Virus record (IMG/VR): IMGVR_UViG_3300042914_002848
Direction: 5' to 3' (one strand)
From: a virus
Lineage: Duplodnaviria > Heunggongvirae > Uroviricota > Caudoviricetes
Length of the DNA stretch: 64,000 nt
In this document: positions 1 to 8,537 of the stretch, in pieces
How the letters are laid out: each line of letters begins with the position of its first letter
Numbering within the stretch: the first letter of the stretch is position 1
Notes under the pieces: generated by a model
The model's input: the letters and a program-made list of their open reading frames with translations, nothing else
Database searches by the model: none
Told to the model about the DNA's origin: nothing
Position numbers and translations under genes: made by a program

Positions 1-1283
1 TGAACTACCTTTGCTCTAATATCTTTTGACATTTTATTAAGAAAACCAAGTTTCCAACGGTTACGAAATGCATTAGCAGTTTCCGTACCACCGCGGTCAT
101 TGACAAGTACATCATATAGCCAAAGTTGAATTGCGTACTCTAATAATTTATTATCTGGATATCTATCAAGAAGATAATCTCTCAATTTGCTAACTAATAC
201 ACTTTGGAGTGATTGATGAACTCCGGCAAACTTATCAACTGTTACAAAAAATGGTCGAAGTTCTGATTTATCAATCTCACACTCAAGTGTAACATTATTA
301 AGCGATGCTAAGCCAGAAGAACCCCTTAAAGGTAGTCTAAATGCTATTTGATTAGAGCCTTTGTAGTAAACGATTAAGTAGGGACGGTCTGATTCAAATC
401 CATAACCAGCGGGATTTCCATCTCTCTTACCCATTTTAAAATTACTTAATGTAACCATCATATCTTTACCATCAAATGGTAATTCAATTACCAATTCAGT
501 TAGACGAGTTTTGTGTAGAGTTAAATCAGTAAACTCTGCAAACTTTAACGATTTACCCATCTTATTAATCCAATCAATCGTAATTGGTTCAATTGGTTTG
601 CTTAATTCCGAATCAATCGTGCCCGTTTCAAACCCATTTACATTCAGTATATAATCCCTACCAGATGTAATATTTCGATTATCATATACACCAAGAATAT
701 TTCTAAGTGATTCAATAAAACCTTTGTAAGAACTCATTCGTGGGCTATGTGGAATAAACATTTCAATGATAACCCCACTTGTTATATCGTTGTTAAGTTC
801 GGATGTAATTTCACCAGTTTTTACATCCCAAACCTGCCACTCGTCTAATTCAATAGTCTTAACCTTATAGATTAATTTTTTTGTGTAAAGTGATTGTGTA
901 TAAATACCAGTCCCATAGATAGAACTATTGTTAGAACCTTTGTCTACAAATTTACCATCAATAACGATACTCTCATCTAAAAGATTTTCATTGATAGTTT
1001 TAAGTGTAGTTCCATCTCCAATTTGCTTAATTACAACTTCAAACCCATCCCTTACTCTCTGTATATCAATAAATACAGTTTTAACACCTTTAGGAATATT
1101 AGTTAAAACCTCAAACCATAGTTTACTCGGATTTTCACTTAGTTTTTGGTTTTGTTTCATAGATGCAGAACCAACAGATTCCATTGATTTCATACCCTCA
1201 GTTTGTGGTTTTTCATCAAACGAAATTTCTACATTAGGATCTACTACTTTTTTCGACTCCGTCATGATTAAATTTTCATTCAT
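1..1283 (-). CDS. Divergent GHKL/HATPase (MORC/Hsp90-like) domain protein, partial (runs off left end)
   Basis: Hand translation from ATG at 1283 is open to position 3 (>427 aa; absent from the ORF track because there is no stop). Has an N-box-like LWFEVLTN, a G1-like KQIGDG, a G2-like NSSIYGTG and SGVIIEM in GHKL order. A host-type promoter lies upstream. Confidence 0.55.
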   Translation of the reverse strand, partial: MNENLIMTESKKVVDPNVEISFDEKPQTEGMKSMESVGSASMKQNQKLSENPSKLWFEVLTNIPKGVKTVFIDIQRVRDGFEVVIKQIGDGTTLKTINENLLDESIVIDGKFVDKGSNNSSIYGTGIYTQSLYTKKLIYKVKTIELDEWQVWDVKTGEITSELNNDITSGVIIEMFIPHSPRMSSYKGFIESLRNILGVYDNRNITSGRDYILNVNGFETGTIDSELSKPIEPITIDWINKMGKSLKFAEFTDLTLHKTRLTELVIELPFDGKDMMVTLSNFKMGKRDGNPAGYGFESDRPYLIVYYKGSNQIAFRLPLRGSSGLASLNNVTLECEIDKSELRPFFVTVDKFAGVHQSLQSVLVSKLRDYLLDRYPDNKLLEYAIQLWLYDVLVNDRGGTETANAFRNRWKLGFLNKMSKDIRAKVV

Positions 1284-1339
1284 AATAATAAAATTAATTT
1301 TTATGTGAGTGTAGGATGCTCACTTCCCCATTTTTTTTA

Positions 1340-1371
1340 CTAATATACAAAATAAATTTGATATATCCAAA
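1340..1371 (-). promoter_or_regulatory. Bacteroidetes sigma70-type promoter
   Basis: Sense strand TTTG-N20-TATATTAG, one mismatch to the TTTG/TAnnTTTG consensus. Confidence 0.7.
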
Positions 1372-1372
1372 T

Positions 1373-2206
1373 CTAAAACTTATAAATTCCGCCAATATTC
1401 CAAAAAAGAATAGTTCCTTCTAATGTATCAATGTTATTTTCCAGCCAGTGCCATTGTTTAATATCCCAAAACTGATTGCAGGGAAATGGAGTTGAGTATT
1501 CTTTTAAACGATTTTCAAATAAAAATTCCGATTTTCGGATGTTTATTGGAATGTGAATCTTGCTAGATTGTAGTGTCTTTTTAATACTACTTTCCGAAGA
1601 AACGCAAGTCGTCCAAACTTTTCTATTAACTTGTGGAAAAAATTCTTCTAATTCTTTTCGGTAGTATCCACGAACCAACCCACTCAATGTCACACCACTT
1701 CCACTTGATACCACAAGGTTATCAAAGTGTGTATAGGGTTGAATTCTATCTGCCAAATAATCTTTATAAAAATTATGATTAAATGCATAAGGAAGCATTT
1801 GCCAACCTTTTTCTTTTGCTTGACCTTTTAAAGAATTATACATAAGTTGCATCATATTTGGTCTAATTGGATTAAGATGTGTTTTTGGAAACATCTCACA
1901 AATCAGGTTCAAATACTCTTGTGAAATTTTCTTAGAATCTGGATATGATGCATAAAACTCAATATCTAAATCTTCACAAATAGCCGATAAAACCCACGCT
2001 GCCCAACTCCCATCTACTGAAAGGTGGGTAAGTGGTTTATTTCTATCCACATATTTTTTAACAAGTTCATAAACTCCTGCAATCTTTCCCCAAGGTGGAA
2101 GATGAACTCCATCTCCCATCAAATCATCTCGTTTTACCCAAACTTCTCTACCTCTGATGTGGTAAAGTTCGAGTGGAGTATCTTCGTTTAATCCTTTTAA
2201 ACCCAT
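1373..2206 (-). CDS. PLP-dependent enzyme, fold type II (ACC deaminase/D-cysteine desulfhydrase-like)
   Basis: VWVKRDDL, putative Schiff-base Lys in WGKI, phosphate loop VVSSGSGVTLSGL, C-terminal LFWNIGG. Confidence 0.8.
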   Translation of the reverse strand: MGLKGLNEDTPLELYHIRGREVWVKRDDLMGDGVHLPPWGKIAGVYELVKKYVDRNKPLTHLSVDGSWAAWVLSAICEDLDIEFYASYPDSKKISQEYLNLICEMFPKTHLNPIRPNMMQLMYNSLKGQAKEKGWQMLPYAFNHNFYKDYLADRIQPYTHFDNLVVSSGSGVTLSGLVRGYYRKELEEFFPQVNRKVWTTCVSSESSIKKTLQSSKIHIPINIRKSEFLFENRLKEYSTPFPCNQFWDIKQWHWLENNIDTLEGTILFWNIGGIYKF

Positions 2207-3702
2207 CTGTAAATGCCATTATTGTTTCGTTCCAACTCCCCCTTCATCTTTTTATGTGAAAAACCATGTATCTTTTCAAAGTTATCATTGATGACGTGAA
2301 GCATATTCTTTCTACCCTTAAAATTAATTTGGGGGTCTTTCATAATGATATCTTCAATATACCATTTAAAGTTAGTTCCCTTTTGGAATGCCCGTTTTTC
2401 TTGCTCAATTACATCGTGTGGAAGATATTGTCGGAATGCATCTGCAAGTGGTAGTTTCCATTGATTTCCTCTTGAAAGAAACTCATTTGGAAGGTTAGTT
2501 GTATAATCTAAAAAATCAATATCAAAAAACGGACATCTTAATTCAATTGTCCCATAATTCATAAAGATGGTATTTCCACGAAGTAAGTTGCCGTAGTATT
2601 GTTTTTCAAATAACTTTTTACGAATATCACTCCAATCCGGCTTTTTACTAAACATACGAATCATGCCATATGACCCATACGATTCATCAGAACCTTCACC
2701 ACTAAATGCAACTTTGACCCCATCCTTAGCCATTTCTTCTGCGATGAAAGATTGCAGAATACCAACTTGCATCTGAACTGTTGATGGGTATTCAATTACG
2801 CGAATTGATTCCAAGAATCTTTGTTTCAAAAGTTCGGGGTCTCGTGGAATTTCAACTTCTACAAGTGGAACATTAATGTGCTTTGCAACCATTCTTGCAA
2901 AATACAAATCTCGCGAATCCTCATCAAATTTAATTGTATATGATTTGATATCGGGTATCATCGTAGAAAGTAAGTAAGTGATTACCGCAGAATCAATACC
3001 ACCACTCAATGAAGTTGCAATTTTAACATCCGAAAGAATTCTCTTTTCTACTGCACGATGAAGAAGCTTATAGGTTGTTTCTCCAACTTCTTGTTGAGAT
3101 GCAGGTTGTATAGGTTCGGATGAAAAGTTAAAGTAGTAGTTTTTGTGAATATCAATTTTATCAGTATCCAAATCAATTTCTACCAATGAATTTTTAGGAA
3201 CAAATAAACATTCTGCTCCTTTGTGTAGGTGTAGTATAGATTTAATTTCAGATGCAATCACATACCTGGTATTGTGGTAAATGTAAAGAGGTATTTTACC
3301 ACACCAATCACGCGATAAGTAAAGTTTGTTCCTATTGTATAGGACGAATGAAAACATTCCTTCTAAGCGGTTTAATTCACCTTCTTTGTATAGGAACAAA
3401 ATAATTTCGGAATCTGAATTAGATTTAAAAGTATATCCCCTGTCCTCGTATTCTTTACGAAGTTGAGGATAGTTCCAAATTTCACCATTTACTGCCAATT
3501 CAACTCCATCATATTCCATCGGTTGATTACCCACAGGTGAAATATCATTGATGGAAAGGCGGTTGTGTCCTAAATGAATTATGGTATCTTTATACTTAAA
3601 TTCTTTAATTCCACGATTATCCCTACCACGATGTGCGATAACCTCTAACATCTGATTTACATCATCCGTAGTATAACCAATGGTTGCTATGATTCCACAC
3701 AT
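2197..3702 (-). CDS. asnB: Asparagine synthetase B-like glutamine amidotransferase
   Basis: N-terminal MCGI (Ntn Cys), HRGRD, HNRLSI, NGEIWN, PP-loop SLSGGIDS, SGEGSDE, ELRCPF. Confidence 0.85.
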   Translation of the reverse strand: MCGIIATIGYTTDDVNQMLEVIAHRGRDNRGIKEFKYKDTIIHLGHNRLSINDISPVGNQPMEYDGVELAVNGEIWNYPQLRKEYEDRGYTFKSNSDSEIILFLYKEGELNRLEGMFSFVLYNRNKLYLSRDWCGKIPLYIYHNTRYVIASEIKSILHLHKGAECLFVPKNSLVEIDLDTDKIDIHKNYYFNFSSEPIQPASQQEVGETTYKLLHRAVEKRILSDVKIATSLSGGIDSAVITYLLSTMIPDIKSYTIKFDEDSRDLYFARMVAKHINVPLVEVEIPRDPELLKQRFLESIRVIEYPSTVQMQVGILQSFIAEEMAKDGVKVAFSGEGSDESYGSYGMIRMFSKKPDWSDIRKKLFEKQYYGNLLRGNTIFMNYGTIELRCPFFDIDFLDYTTNLPNEFLSRGNQWKLPLADAFRQYLPHDVIEQEKRAFQKGTNFKWYIEDIIMKDPQINFKGRKNMLHVINDNFEKIHGFSHKKMKGELERNNNGIYRWV

Positions 3703-3703
3703 A

Positions 3704-4402
3704 TTATTTATTTAATACGTCTAATAACTTATGAGTTTTTTTAGTTTCATCATTCATCTTACCGATATGACAAGAACACGCTAATACTGATACTTTTTCT
3801 AATTCCATATCACTTTCTTTAGCTAAGAATTTACCCATTTCAACTAATGCGGTATAATCTGCATAACCCGATTTAGATACTCTATTTGAACGAATGATTG
3901 ATGTTAGATAGATTTTACCATTACGAGGTTTAATATCAATTGCTAACATACAAGGTTGTGAGTATGGATTTCTAGCATCTCTACTTGGGTCAAAAATAAT
4001 CAATTCGCACCTCTTAACTGCTTTACCCGTCTTTAAGATTTTTATTACATTTTCAACCTGATTGAATGTACCACCCCATGCAACCATTCTACCCCAATAT
4101 GAATCGTGCCATTTATCTTTGATGAATTTATATTCCAACCCTTCTTCTGCTTGGAAAAATGGACTATCTGAAACAAATGGTTGTGGTTCTAAGAATGTTA
4201 CTGTCTTTGCATAATCAATTCTATCATCACCCATAATTTCTCTAAAATGTGGGTCAAACCAATCATCGGATTCAAACTTTGTGATTTCGGTCATCACATT
4301 TAATTCTTCGGTTAAATCACCTACTTTTACTCCGTTTGCAATAAGATGTTTAGATACCTTTACCCATGCATCACCAGGAGATGTCGCTTCTATTACTGTC
4401 AT
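3704..4402 (-). CDS. Thymidylate synthase-fold enzyme, dCMP hydroxymethylase-like
   Basis: YWGR..NQ, KR, catalytic PC, LTSIIRSN..ADY and SCHI match the TS-fold motif order. Confidence 0.75.
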   Translation of the reverse strand: MTVIEATSPGDAWVKVSKHLIANGVKVGDLTEELNVMTEITKFESDDWFDPHFREIMGDDRIDYAKTVTFLEPQPFVSDSPFFQAEEGLEYKFIKDKWHDSYWGRMVAWGGTFNQVENVIKILKTGKAVKRCELIIFDPSRDARNPYSQPCMLAIDIKPRNGKIYLTSIIRSNRVSKSGYADYTALVEMGKFLAKESDMELEKVSVLACSCHIGKMNDETKKTHKLLDVLNK

Positions 4403-4413
4403 ATTATTTATTT

Positions 4414-5646
4414 TTATAATTTACGCCAAACCCAAATTGGTTCACAAAATGTTTTATCTTTGGCTTCTTCGTTCTTTTTTAATTCCTCTTCGGAAAATCT
4501 TTCCTCATAACCATCTATAATCATTCCAGCACCTGCAGAACCTGGTCTTCTAGCCATTTCCATACCCAAACACCCCTCGTAGTTTGCACCTTCTAAAGTA
4601 CCGATATAATCGTTCATAGGGTTAGTGATTTCTTGTTGATATCTACCATCACCTTTTGATGATGCATATACATCTGCAATGTTTATAGCCAAATAACCAC
4701 CTTTACGAATTGTAGGCCAAACGTTTGCAATGGTTTTATGTAAAAAGTTTGTATTCCAATCATTGATTGTCTTATACCGAATCCAACTTTGTGTATCATC
4801 ATATGAATAACGCTCTACATTGAAATAAGGTGGTGAACTGAATGCAATATCAAAGTATTCTTTATATTCACTTAAATCCAAATCCTCTGCAGGAGATTCA
4901 TAAAAAGTAGACCTCTTTTCGGTTTCAAAGAATCCGGTATTCTTTTCATAGAAATCTGCTTGTTGTCTATAAATTGGATGGTTTTCTTTACGAGGGTCAA
5001 TTCCCACATAATGTTCCCCATGTTCCGATGCGTAGAATCCGCACAATCTATCTCCCCAACCTGCTGAAATATCTAATACATTCTTTGCTTCCACAAAATC
5101 ATATAGAACTTTTGCAACATTTGGTTTAAATTGAGAACAAATATATTTTCTTAGAGATAGACAAGTTCGTAAGGTATTCTTACTTACTTCATCAAATTTT
5201 AGAGTGTACATCCCACCCATAAGGGAGAACATAAAATCAGGATTATTCCAAGTACGATACGGACCAGGTGAAACTGTCCCATCAACACTCCATCTATTTG
5301 CTTGTTGAAAATAATTTGAGGCAGGGTTGCCGACGTTGATTCTTCGGACGAATTGTTGTTTACCTTGAAATGTTAGAGGATAGTGAGATTCCGATGCTTT
5401 TCGCGGCACCCACTCTCCTTCGGTAAATAATTCATGCCAACGGAAACCTTTTAGTTTAAGGTATTCCTTTCTTGCATCTTCTTCGGTAATATCAGCATAT
5501 GGGATTTCATATGTTGCGGCAACTTTAGCAAGAGATTCTTTCACATCTTCTCTATTAAAAGTTTTCTTAATATACTCCCACTCCTCATTACCGATAAAAA
5601 GATACGGTGTCATTCCGTAGAATTTATCAAAATAATCTAAATACAT
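4414..5646 (-). CDS. SAM-dependent amino (N4-C/N6-A) DNA methyltransferase-like protein
   Basis: Motif I VLDISAGWGDR precedes motif IV FSSPPY; about 170-aa N-terminal extension. Confidence 0.8.
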   Translation of the reverse strand: MYLDYFDKFYGMTPYLFIGNEEWEYIKKTFNREDVKESLAKVAATYEIPYADITEEDARKEYLKLKGFRWHELFTEGEWVPRKASESHYPLTFQGKQQFVRRINVGNPASNYFQQANRWSVDGTVSPGPYRTWNNPDFMFSLMGGMYTLKFDEVSKNTLRTCLSLRKYICSQFKPNVAKVLYDFVEAKNVLDISAGWGDRLCGFYASEHGEHYVGIDPRKENHPIYRQQADFYEKNTGFFETEKRSTFYESPAEDLDLSEYKEYFDIAFSSPPYFNVERYSYDDTQSWIRYKTINDWNTNFLHKTIANVWPTIRKGGYLAINIADVYASSKGDGRYQQEITNPMNDYIGTLEGANYEGCLGMEMARRPGSAGAGMIIDGYEERFSEEELKKNEEAKDKTFCEPIWVWRKL

Positions 5647-5702
5647 AACCTTTTATTCTTTTATATTTTATACAGATGCGAAATAAATTCCGTATTTCCA
5701 AA

Positions 5703-5825
5703 TTAAATGTGTATCCACAAGTGAGTGTAGTGATTTTTTACAATCATCTCCTTTGCCACCGATTTACTAATCAACCTTACACAAAATTTGGATACATACG
5801 AATAGTTTTTACCCTCTACTTTCAT
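5703..5825 (-). pseudogene. Truncated Mom-like (GNAT DNA-modification) gene remnant, 40 codons
   Basis: Hand translation MKVEGKNYSYVSKFCVRLISKSVAKEMIVKNHYTHLWIHI*. The AKEMIVKNHYTH.W segment resembles, from memory, the N-terminus of Mom-family proteins. Confidence 0.5.
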
Positions 5826-6009
5826 AAGGCCATGTTAGTATATGTTTCCAAGTATAACCCTTAACGATTTTACGAATATTAGCAGGTGAAACACCATTGT
5901 TCCTTGCAAGGACTTTGATGTTCCTATGCCCAACACTCCATAACTCACGAATTGATTTTACCTGCCCCTCTGTAAGTTTATGCTTTGGATGTGATTCACC
6001 ACACAACAT
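5809..6009 (-). CDS. Stand-alone helix-turn-helix protein of the type found C-terminal to HNH homing endonucleases
   Basis: GESHPKHKLTEGQVKSIR...LARNNGVSPANIRKIVKGYTWKH. ATG at 6009 directly follows the upstream stop. Confidence 0.65.
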   Translation of the reverse strand: MLCGESHPKHKLTEGQVKSIRELWSVGHRNIKVLARNNGVSPANIRKIVKGYTWKHILTWPYESRG

Positions 6010-6010
6010 A

Positions 6011-6445
6011 TTAAATCTCCTCATTAAAAGGAATTTCAATTTGTGAGTTCTCTGCTTCCCAAAATTTATAAACGATTTTTCCAATATCAGGCTTTCTATA
6101 GTTCGGACCTTTTAAGATTTTACCATCCTCTCTATAAATTGGATTACCATTTTCATCCAACTTTGACATATTGGAACTATGAACCTCATCAAATACATCT
6201 TCTATAATATCACCCATCCCATGCTGAAGAATTGTTCCTAATAAGATATACAATTGGTCTGCGAGAGCATCTGCAATACCAACTGGGTCATCGTTTTGGT
6301 TTGCTTCCCTATACTCATTTAATTCTTCTAAACCTAATTTATACCTCAAATCACAAATTTCATCCCATTGAACCATCGGGCTTTTGTAATACTTCTGACC
6401 ATATACCTCGTGAAATTGCTTCACCTGCTCTAATTGCTTTTTCAT
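6011..6445 (-). CDS. MazG-like all-alpha NTP pyrophosphohydrolase (PRA-PH/DR2231-like dNTPase)
   Basis: EELNEY, ADALADQLY, FDEVHSSNMSK, REDGKILKG. Start reassigned to MKKQ at 6445, just downstream of the promoter. Confidence 0.8.
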   Translation of the reverse strand: MKKQLEQVKQFHEVYGQKYYKSPMVQWDEICDLRYKLGLEELNEYREANQNDDPVGIADALADQLYILLGTILQHGMGDIIEDVFDEVHSSNMSKLDENGNPIYREDGKILKGPNYRKPDIGKIVYKFWEAENSQIEIPFNEEI

Positions 6446-6452
6446 AACTATA

Positions 6453-6484
6453 CAAATATACAAAATAATTTTTAAAGTGCCAAA
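6453..6484 (-). promoter_or_regulatory. Bacteroidetes sigma70-type promoter
   Basis: Sense TTTG-N20-TATATTTG (perfect), 7 nt upstream of the ATG at 6445. Confidence 0.75.
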
Positions 6485-6708
6485 TATTCTCCTAAAGATT
6501 TTACTCCGATAATTCTTTTGAACTCTGAACCATCTTTCATCAATATCACCGTTGGAACGCTTCTAATTCCATACGAACTTGCTAATCCGGATTCCGAATC
6601 CACATCAATCTTTTTTACAGGTATAGTTTTAGATACCTCTTCCATAATAGGAGCTAATTGTTTACAAGGTGCGCACCATTTTGCGCTAAAATACCAATAT
6701 TCTATCAT
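6472..6708 (-). CDS. trx: Thioredoxin
   Basis: WCAPC active site, SVPT cis-Pro motif. Confidence 0.9.
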   Translation of the reverse strand: MIEYWYFSAKWCAPCKQLAPIMEEVSKTIPVKKIDVDSESGLASSYGIRSVPTVILMKDGSEFKRIIGVKSLGEYLAL

Positions 6709-6731
6709 TTTTAATCCTTTTTAATTTATTA

Positions 6732-8525
6732 TTAACCATCACAACTTACACAATCGGGGTCAGTTGCTCTTGCTGCTATATCACCCCTTAATACTGATTC
6801 AGTTCTCATATAGTATAAAGTTTTGATTCCTTCTTTCCAAGCTTCCAAGTGAACTTGATTTATCCACTTTGGAGATGCTTGTGATGGGAACGCAAGATTT
6901 AACGATACGGCCTGGTCAATGTATTGTTGCCTAATCCCAGCTTGCTTTATTAATTCTAATTGATTGATTTCTTTGAATGTTTTATACACATCTTTTACCC
7001 AATCAACTTCTTTACTTTGGATTGCAGTTTCGGGAATCTCCTGAATGTTTGTTAGTTTGTTTCCCAAAAATCCCCACTTTTCTAACTCATCAATACCTTG
7101 AACCGAACCACCATCTTCCAAAATCTTATCCCAAGTTTCTTTGTTATTGATTCCAATTTTACGAAGAACCCTTTCCAACTCAGGATTCTTACGAATGAAT
7201 GTTCCTTTTGAGGTTTGCTCCGTAAATACATTCGCTGCCCAAGGTTCAATGCCTGGTGATATGTTACCACTTAACTTTGAATTAGACACAGTTGGTGCTA
7301 TTGCCCTCAAGTGGGTATTCCGCATTTCAGTTCCAACACACCATAGAGGTTCACCATATTCTTTGGCCAAATCTCTACTTGCTCTTTCACTTTCAATCTT
7401 TATTTGTGAGAATATCTTTCTCGTTTCAAATTGAGCAGGTAATCCTTCAAATGAAATACCTCTTTGTTGTAAGTAGGTATGCCACCCAAGAACACCCAAT
7501 CCCAATGCTCTCCCCTTTTCAGCAGAACGAACTGAGTTTTCAAATCCTCTCATATTCTTTGCTTTCTGAATGAACTCTTCTAATACCCCATCCAAAAACC
7601 AGATAGCGGTATAAATCAAATCAGTATCTTTCCACTCATCGTATTTTGCAAGATTGAGTGATGATAAACAACATACAAACGAATGTGATTCATCGGTGTG
7701 TAAAGCGATTTCAGAGCAAATATTGGTCATAAACACCTTCAACCCATTTTTCTTATACGCCTCTGGGTTTTGTTTGTTTACATTTCCCTTATACATAATA
7801 TAAGGTTCACCTGTTGCTTTTCTCTTCTGCAATAACTTACCCCATTTTCTTCTTGCTTCTTCATCCCCATCCTCCAACTTACGCATAAACTTATCACCAA
7901 CAACTGCACATTGATGTAGATTAAGCGACTGGCGATTCACATCCCCCTTTGGTTCTCTGATTTCTAACCACTCTTCAAAATCTTTATGTTCAATGTTTAG
8001 ATTAACTGATGCTGCTCCCCTACGAACTGCTCCCTGATTTGTTGCAAGGATGGTGGAATCAAATATTTTACAAAATGGAACAATACCATCGGATGTTCCG
8101 TTTCCAGTGATTTTACTCCCCGCAGGTCTTATCATATTGACACCAATACCAACACCACCACCATGCTTCGCAAGTAACATCATTTCTAAATTCTTCTGCC
8201 CAATTTCTTGGATAGAATCACCCACATCAATACCAAAACAGGAAATAGGTAATCCCCTATCTGTCCCCGTGTTTGATAAGACAGGTGTAGCAAGGTTTAA
8301 CCAACCACGCCATATATAATCAAAAAACTTTGATGCAAGTTGTGGTTTATCCAACCTCCTTGCTACCGCAGTACATACCCGCCAATACGCATCTTTGGGT
8401 TTCTCTCCTGCTAAAACATAACCTTTTGATATTGTTTTTAGGTAAACTTCAGTATGCCCCCAAGCGGGGTAATCAACTTCTTTTTCCCATCCTAATTCTT
8501 CTGCTATTTTATCTGCTATATTCAT
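6732..8525 (-). CDS. nrdA: Ribonucleotide reductase class I alpha subunit (no ATP cone)
   Basis: ATPVLSN, PISCF, TNICSEI, IAPTVSN, GIKTLYY, C-terminal CVSC. Confidence 0.95.
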   Translation of the reverse strand: MNIADKIAEELGWEKEVDYPAWGHTEVYLKTISKGYVLAGEKPKDAYWRVCTAVARRLDKPQLASKFFDYIWRGWLNLATPVLSNTGTDRGLPISCFGIDVGDSIQEIGQKNLEMMLLAKHGGGVGIGVNMIRPAGSKITGNGTSDGIVPFCKIFDSTILATNQGAVRRGAASVNLNIEHKDFEEWLEIREPKGDVNRQSLNLHQCAVVGDKFMRKLEDGDEEARRKWGKLLQKRKATGEPYIMYKGNVNKQNPEAYKKNGLKVFMTNICSEIALHTDESHSFVCCLSSLNLAKYDEWKDTDLIYTAIWFLDGVLEEFIQKAKNMRGFENSVRSAEKGRALGLGVLGWHTYLQQRGISFEGLPAQFETRKIFSQIKIESERASRDLAKEYGEPLWCVGTEMRNTHLRAIAPTVSNSKLSGNISPGIEPWAANVFTEQTSKGTFIRKNPELERVLRKIGINNKETWDKILEDGGSVQGIDELEKWGFLGNKLTNIQEIPETAIQSKEVDWVKDVYKTFKEINQLELIKQAGIRQQYIDQAVSLNLAFPSQASPKWINQVHLEAWKEGIKTLYYMRTESVLRGDIAARATDPDCVSCDG

Positions 8526-8537
8526 CGTATCCTTAAA

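Noticed and set aside
899-906. TATAAATA copy inside the GHKL-like gene
   Set aside because: Intragenic and not upstream of a start; likely chance in AT-rich DNA.
928-1308. 126-aa + strand ORF and the other short + strand ORFs in the track
   Set aside because: All overlap longer, motif-bearing minus-strand genes; every promoter, SD and terminator found points to the minus strand.
2197-3702. AsnB as a simple auxiliary amino-acid metabolism gene
   Set aside because: Not excluded, but tight coupling to TS-like, MTase and PLP genes makes a tailoring role the more economical reading.
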